Assembly: GCA_964016885.1 (NCBI GenBank)
Contig: OZ024761.1
Span: 8,494,001 to 8,558,000 of the forward strand
Direction of reading: 5' to 3'
Length of the DNA stretch: 64,000 bases
Origin: Eledone cirrhosa
Lineage: Eukaryota
Position 1 is the first letter of the stretch. Each line of letters starts with the position of its first letter. The notes below the pieces were generated by a model that did no database searches, was not told the origin of the DNA, and was given only the letters and a program-made list of their open reading frames with translations. This document shows, in pieces, positions 50,681 to 64,000 of this stretch. Position numbers and translations under genes: made by a program.

Positions 50681-50882
50681 TCCTGAGAGTGAAAGCAATA
50701 CAAGTGAAACGAAAATCTCTTCGAGAGGCTAATCCCTTCATTTGAAAGGGGAAGTTTGGGGTGAAAACCTCAAGAACTATTCGAACCGAGTAACTCTTGT
50801 ACAAGACACATCTTCATAACTTGTAACAACGCCAGCAGAGTAAAGAATTTAGATTAACGAATCTATAAACAACTGATTTCGG

Positions 50883-50919
<37 letters not shown>

Positions 50920-51135
50920 TCAATATATATATATATATATACACATGATATATATATATATATATACACATGATGATATATATATATATACACATGATGA
51001 TATATATATATATATATACACATGATGATATATATATATATACACATGATGATATATATATATATACACATGATGATATATATATATATACACATGATGA
51101 TATATATATATATACACATGATATATACACATATA

Positions 51136-51290
51136 TATTTCATGTGAAAGCACACCATAATTTAACTTGATGTCCTTGAAATATGTATAATGAAATATCA
51201 TGGTTTTATAAATATAGTTTCCATTTGTTAATATCGTATATATATTAACAAATGGAAACTATATTTATAAAACCATTATATATATATTTC
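51136..51290 (+). mobile_element. Degenerate family A hammerhead/pseudo-LTR with a fold-back end
   Basis: Core eroded to gtga...GAAA-tatgta-TA-atgaaata. Followed by an inverted repeat with about 34-bp arms (51200-51276). Confidence 0.6.
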
Positions 51291-51412
51291 ATGAATATAT
51301 ATATATAAATTTCATGAATATATATATATATATTTCATGAATTTATATATATATTTCGTGAATTTATATATATATTTCATGAATATATATATTTATATAT
51401 ATATTTCTAGTT

Positions 51413-52578
51413 TCTAGTTTGTAGAAAGGAAAATAGAGCACAGGTGCCCTCTGGGAAATGGCCATGCTCAGTGTGTAGGAAAGGAGTAAGCAGAAATTCC
51501 ATTGTATGTCCCAAATGCAAAGTATGGGTACATAAAAGATGTAGTGGGATCACAGGTAAACTATCTAAGAATGTAGACTTTATATGTGGCCAATGCTCAG
51601 GTGCAATAAGTAGCAAGTGTCCAAAGGATAATATCTCCTTCTATTGCCCAGATGGTTCTATAGAAATAGTAGACACTTTCAGTTACCTGGGTGACGAAAT
51701 CAGCAGGAGTGGAGGGTGTTCTGAAAGTACAGTAGCTAGAGTCAGAACGAGATGGAAAAAGTTCAGAGAGCTTATACTTCTGTTGGCCACAAAAAGTTTT
51801 GAACAGCAATGCTACATGGCAGTGAGACATGGGCATTGTGTGCAGAGGATCTGCGCAGACTGGAGAGGAACAGAGCTTGCATGCTCCGTTGGATGTGTAA
51901 TAGTAATATACGTGAACGGCAAAGCATAAAGGAACTAAGGGAGAAATTAGAAATAAGAGGGATCAGATGCTGATTACTCGAGAGAAGACTACGTTGGTAC
52001 GGTCACGTGATGCGCATGAAAGACGATAGCTGTATAAAAAAGTGCAGTGCGATCAAAATAGATGGAAGCTACGGAGTAGGTAGACCCAGAAAAACCTGGG
52101 ACGATTTGATAAATTCCGACCTTACACACTTACACCTCTCCAAGAAATGTCACTGGACCGAGATCTTTGGCGCTACGCAGTAATACAAAAGACCCGCCTT
52201 GCCTATGTACAAAGCGAAACCTACAATCAGGAGGTACCTCTTAACCAAATATACACCCCAATCCACTACCCCTACCCTATCCTCCCACTCCCACTAACAG
52301 CACGAGAAAATGAGATCGAGATTGTGTAGGTGTCACGACAAAAAACACACACAGTCCACGCTGTAATGTGGCCGTGTAGGTAACACGGTAAAAACCTCCC
52401 AGTTTCACACTGTAAATGTGGTTGGCGTTCGGAAGGGCAACCAGCCGTAGAAAACCTGCCAGACAGTCCTATATGAGCGAGACACGGTCACCCAACCAGC
52501 CTTGCTTGATGTGGGACAACTCCTGTCTAACCCGTGCTAGCGTGGAAAATGGACGTTAAACGAAGATGATGATGATGA
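51413..52578 (+). mobile_element. Degenerate RTE LINE fragment inserted into a (tttcatgaatatata)n repeat
   Basis: [14 protein letters not shown]...WVHKRCSG...YLGD; internal deletion; full 3'UTR. The same simple repeat lies on both flanks. Confidence 0.88.
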
Positions 52579-52657
52579 TTTCATGAATATATATATATTT
52601 CATGAATTTATATATATTTCATGAATATATATATATATTTCATGTATATATATATAT

Positions 52658-52999
52658 ATCATCATCATCATTTCATTTTACGTCCACTTTTCCCTGCTTG
52701 CAAGGGTGGGACGGGGACTGATTCTGGCTTGATTTCTACAGCTGGATGCCCTTCCTAACACAAACCTCATTTACAGTGAGTGCTGGGTGCTTTTTTGCCG
52801 TGGCACCTCCACGACACTTTGCAGTGGAATGATAGGGACCCCTGCCCCTATCATCTCATTTCTACAGCTCTGAGTAAACTGGAGCAATGTGAAATAAAGT
52901 GTCTTGCTCAAGGAAACAACACATCACCCGGTCTGAGAATTGAACTCACAACCTTTCGATTGCAAGGCCAATGGTCTAACCACTAAGCCATGTGCCTCC
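52658..52999 (-). mobile_element. tRNA-derived SINE family 1
   Basis: Reverse complement of the family. Confidence 0.9.
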
Positions 53000-53072
53000 A
53001 TAGAGACTCCAACGGTGATGGTTGCATTTTTCAGGGTATGTCAATATTTATTTATAAAACTAATCTATATTA

Positions 53073-53138
53073 TATTTTATCTGATGAAAGCGCACCATAA
53101 TCTGCCTTGGTGGCCCTTCAAATATATATAATGAAATA
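53073..53138 (+). ncRNA. Family A hammerhead motif with G12>C change (probably inactive)
   Basis: Reads tattttat-CTGATGA-aagcgcacca...tggtggccctt-CAAA-tatata-TA-atgaaata. Confidence 0.65.
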
Positions 53139-53309
53139 AATATGGTTTTATAAATATAGTTTCCATTTGTTAATATATTGTATATTTACTCCAATTAATT
53201 TGTTGAGTGCTTTATATCAGTTATAAAAATATTTTGCTTGTATCCCAACAAATTAAATATAACCTCTACATATATATGTATATATATATTTTTCTGGGTC
53301 TGCCTACTC

Positions 53310-53352
<43 letters not shown>

Positions 53353-53453
53353 TATGGAATACTGTTAGCTTCTCGCTAAAACAATTTCTATACCTGTCAT
53401 TTCTATATATATGTATATATATCTATGTATATATTTGTATATATATATATGTG

Positions 53454-53532
<79 letters not shown>

Positions 53533-54349
53533 GTATATATATATATGTATATATATTATATATATATATGTATATGTATATATATATATGTATATATATA
53601 TATATGTATGTATATATATATGTATATATATGTATATATATATATGTATATATATGTATATATATGTATATATATATATGTATATATATGTGTATATATA
53701 TATATGTATATATATGTATATATATATATGTATATATATGTATATATATATATGTATATATATGTATATATATATATGTATATATATGTATATATATATA
53801 TGTATATATATGTATATATATATAGAAAGATTTGAATGGATACAGTTTAGTTGAAAGGAATTTATTGACACGTGTTTCTATAACAGTTACATAACCTAAA
53901 ACAGCTGCTATCTACAAACTTTTAGTTATGCAGATATTTCAATATTTCAATGTTATTATTTACTGTCATTTCATCAGAATAATATTACTGAGGACCTATT
54001 TAGTTTTTATAGAGAATATTAGGAGGGAGGGGTGAAGTTGTTAGAAGAATAGTTGAAGGAGTGGTTTTTCGATAGCAGTGAGAATTCTTGGTGGCAGTGA
54101 GTAATTAGATTCCCATCTGTTGTTTTGACATTTTTTTATAGAATATATTATTGGTTATTTTTCTAAATCTATAGAAGGATTAGAGATAGTAAAGATATGC
54201 GTGGTTGGTTTTGTGTTTGCACTTAATTAACATTCAGACTTAAATTTTTCTTTCAAGTGTACGTATCCTTTCACCCACGCATTCACACACAAATATATTT
54301 GCACAACACCTCTACAAAATATATATACTCACAATTCACATATTCATAC

Positions 54350-63606
<9,257 letters not shown>

Positions 63607-63607
<1 letters not shown>

Positions 63608-63990
63608 TCATCATCATCATCATCAACGTTTAACGTCCGTGTTCCACGCTTGCATGGGTTTGGACGGGGGTAGTCCCACTTGAGGCAAGAGTGATTGTCT
63701 TGCTCGCATAGGACTGTCTGGCAGGTTTTCTACAGTTGGATGCCCTTCCTAACACCAACCACATTTACAGTGTGGGTCTGGGAGGTTTTTACCGTGTTGC
63801 CTACACGGCCACATTACAGCGTGGACTGTGTGTTTTTTTGTCGTGACACCTACACGATCTCATTTGTTTCGGCCTGGATGGCGCGGCACCAACATAACTT
63901 TACATAGAACGGGGTGGTGTGGATGGGGTGGGGGTGGCGGCGGGAGGGGTGTATTTTGTTAGAGATGCCTACTGGCAAGGCGGGTCTTCT
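63607..63990 (-). mobile_element. RTE 3'UTR fragment
   Basis: (cat)n followed by the reverse complement of the RTE tail. Confidence 0.82.
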
Positions 63991-64000
63991 CTGTTACTGA

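Overview
Repeat-dominated eukaryotic DNA. An octopod cephalopod source is inferred from the very long TA/TACA microsatellites (roughly 40-45% of the window by eye) and the RTE-LINE/tRNA-SINE families; this is not proven. One host gene is supported: a minus-strand SZRD1 (SUZ + SUZ-C domain) orthologue with four frame-consistent coding exons (34151-34087, 33677-33561, 32938-32807, 27236-27125). The ORF track does not assemble it. Its start exon is unresolved, and a CpG-rich promoter-like candidate lies at about 50100-50410. Mobile DNA includes a 5'-truncated but uninterrupted RTE LINE with a PHD-like finger inside the RT, many RTE fragments, a tRNA-SINE sharing the RTE tail, a second SINE family, a decayed piggyBac with related MITEs (one expanded into a 72-bp minisatellite), two Helitron pieces, an R4/Dong endonuclease fragment, a hAT MITE and Penelope-like remnants. 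The most notable signal is a dense set of type I hammerhead-ribozyme motifs in two families. Family A has the canonical CUGAUGA core. Family B has a U3-A8 variant core with a CCGG stem III, and two of its loci sit inside essentially perfect DNA palindromes of 404 and 272 bp. All long YI/IY-rich ORFs are microsatellite artefacts. Everything was read by eye; no searches or folding were run.
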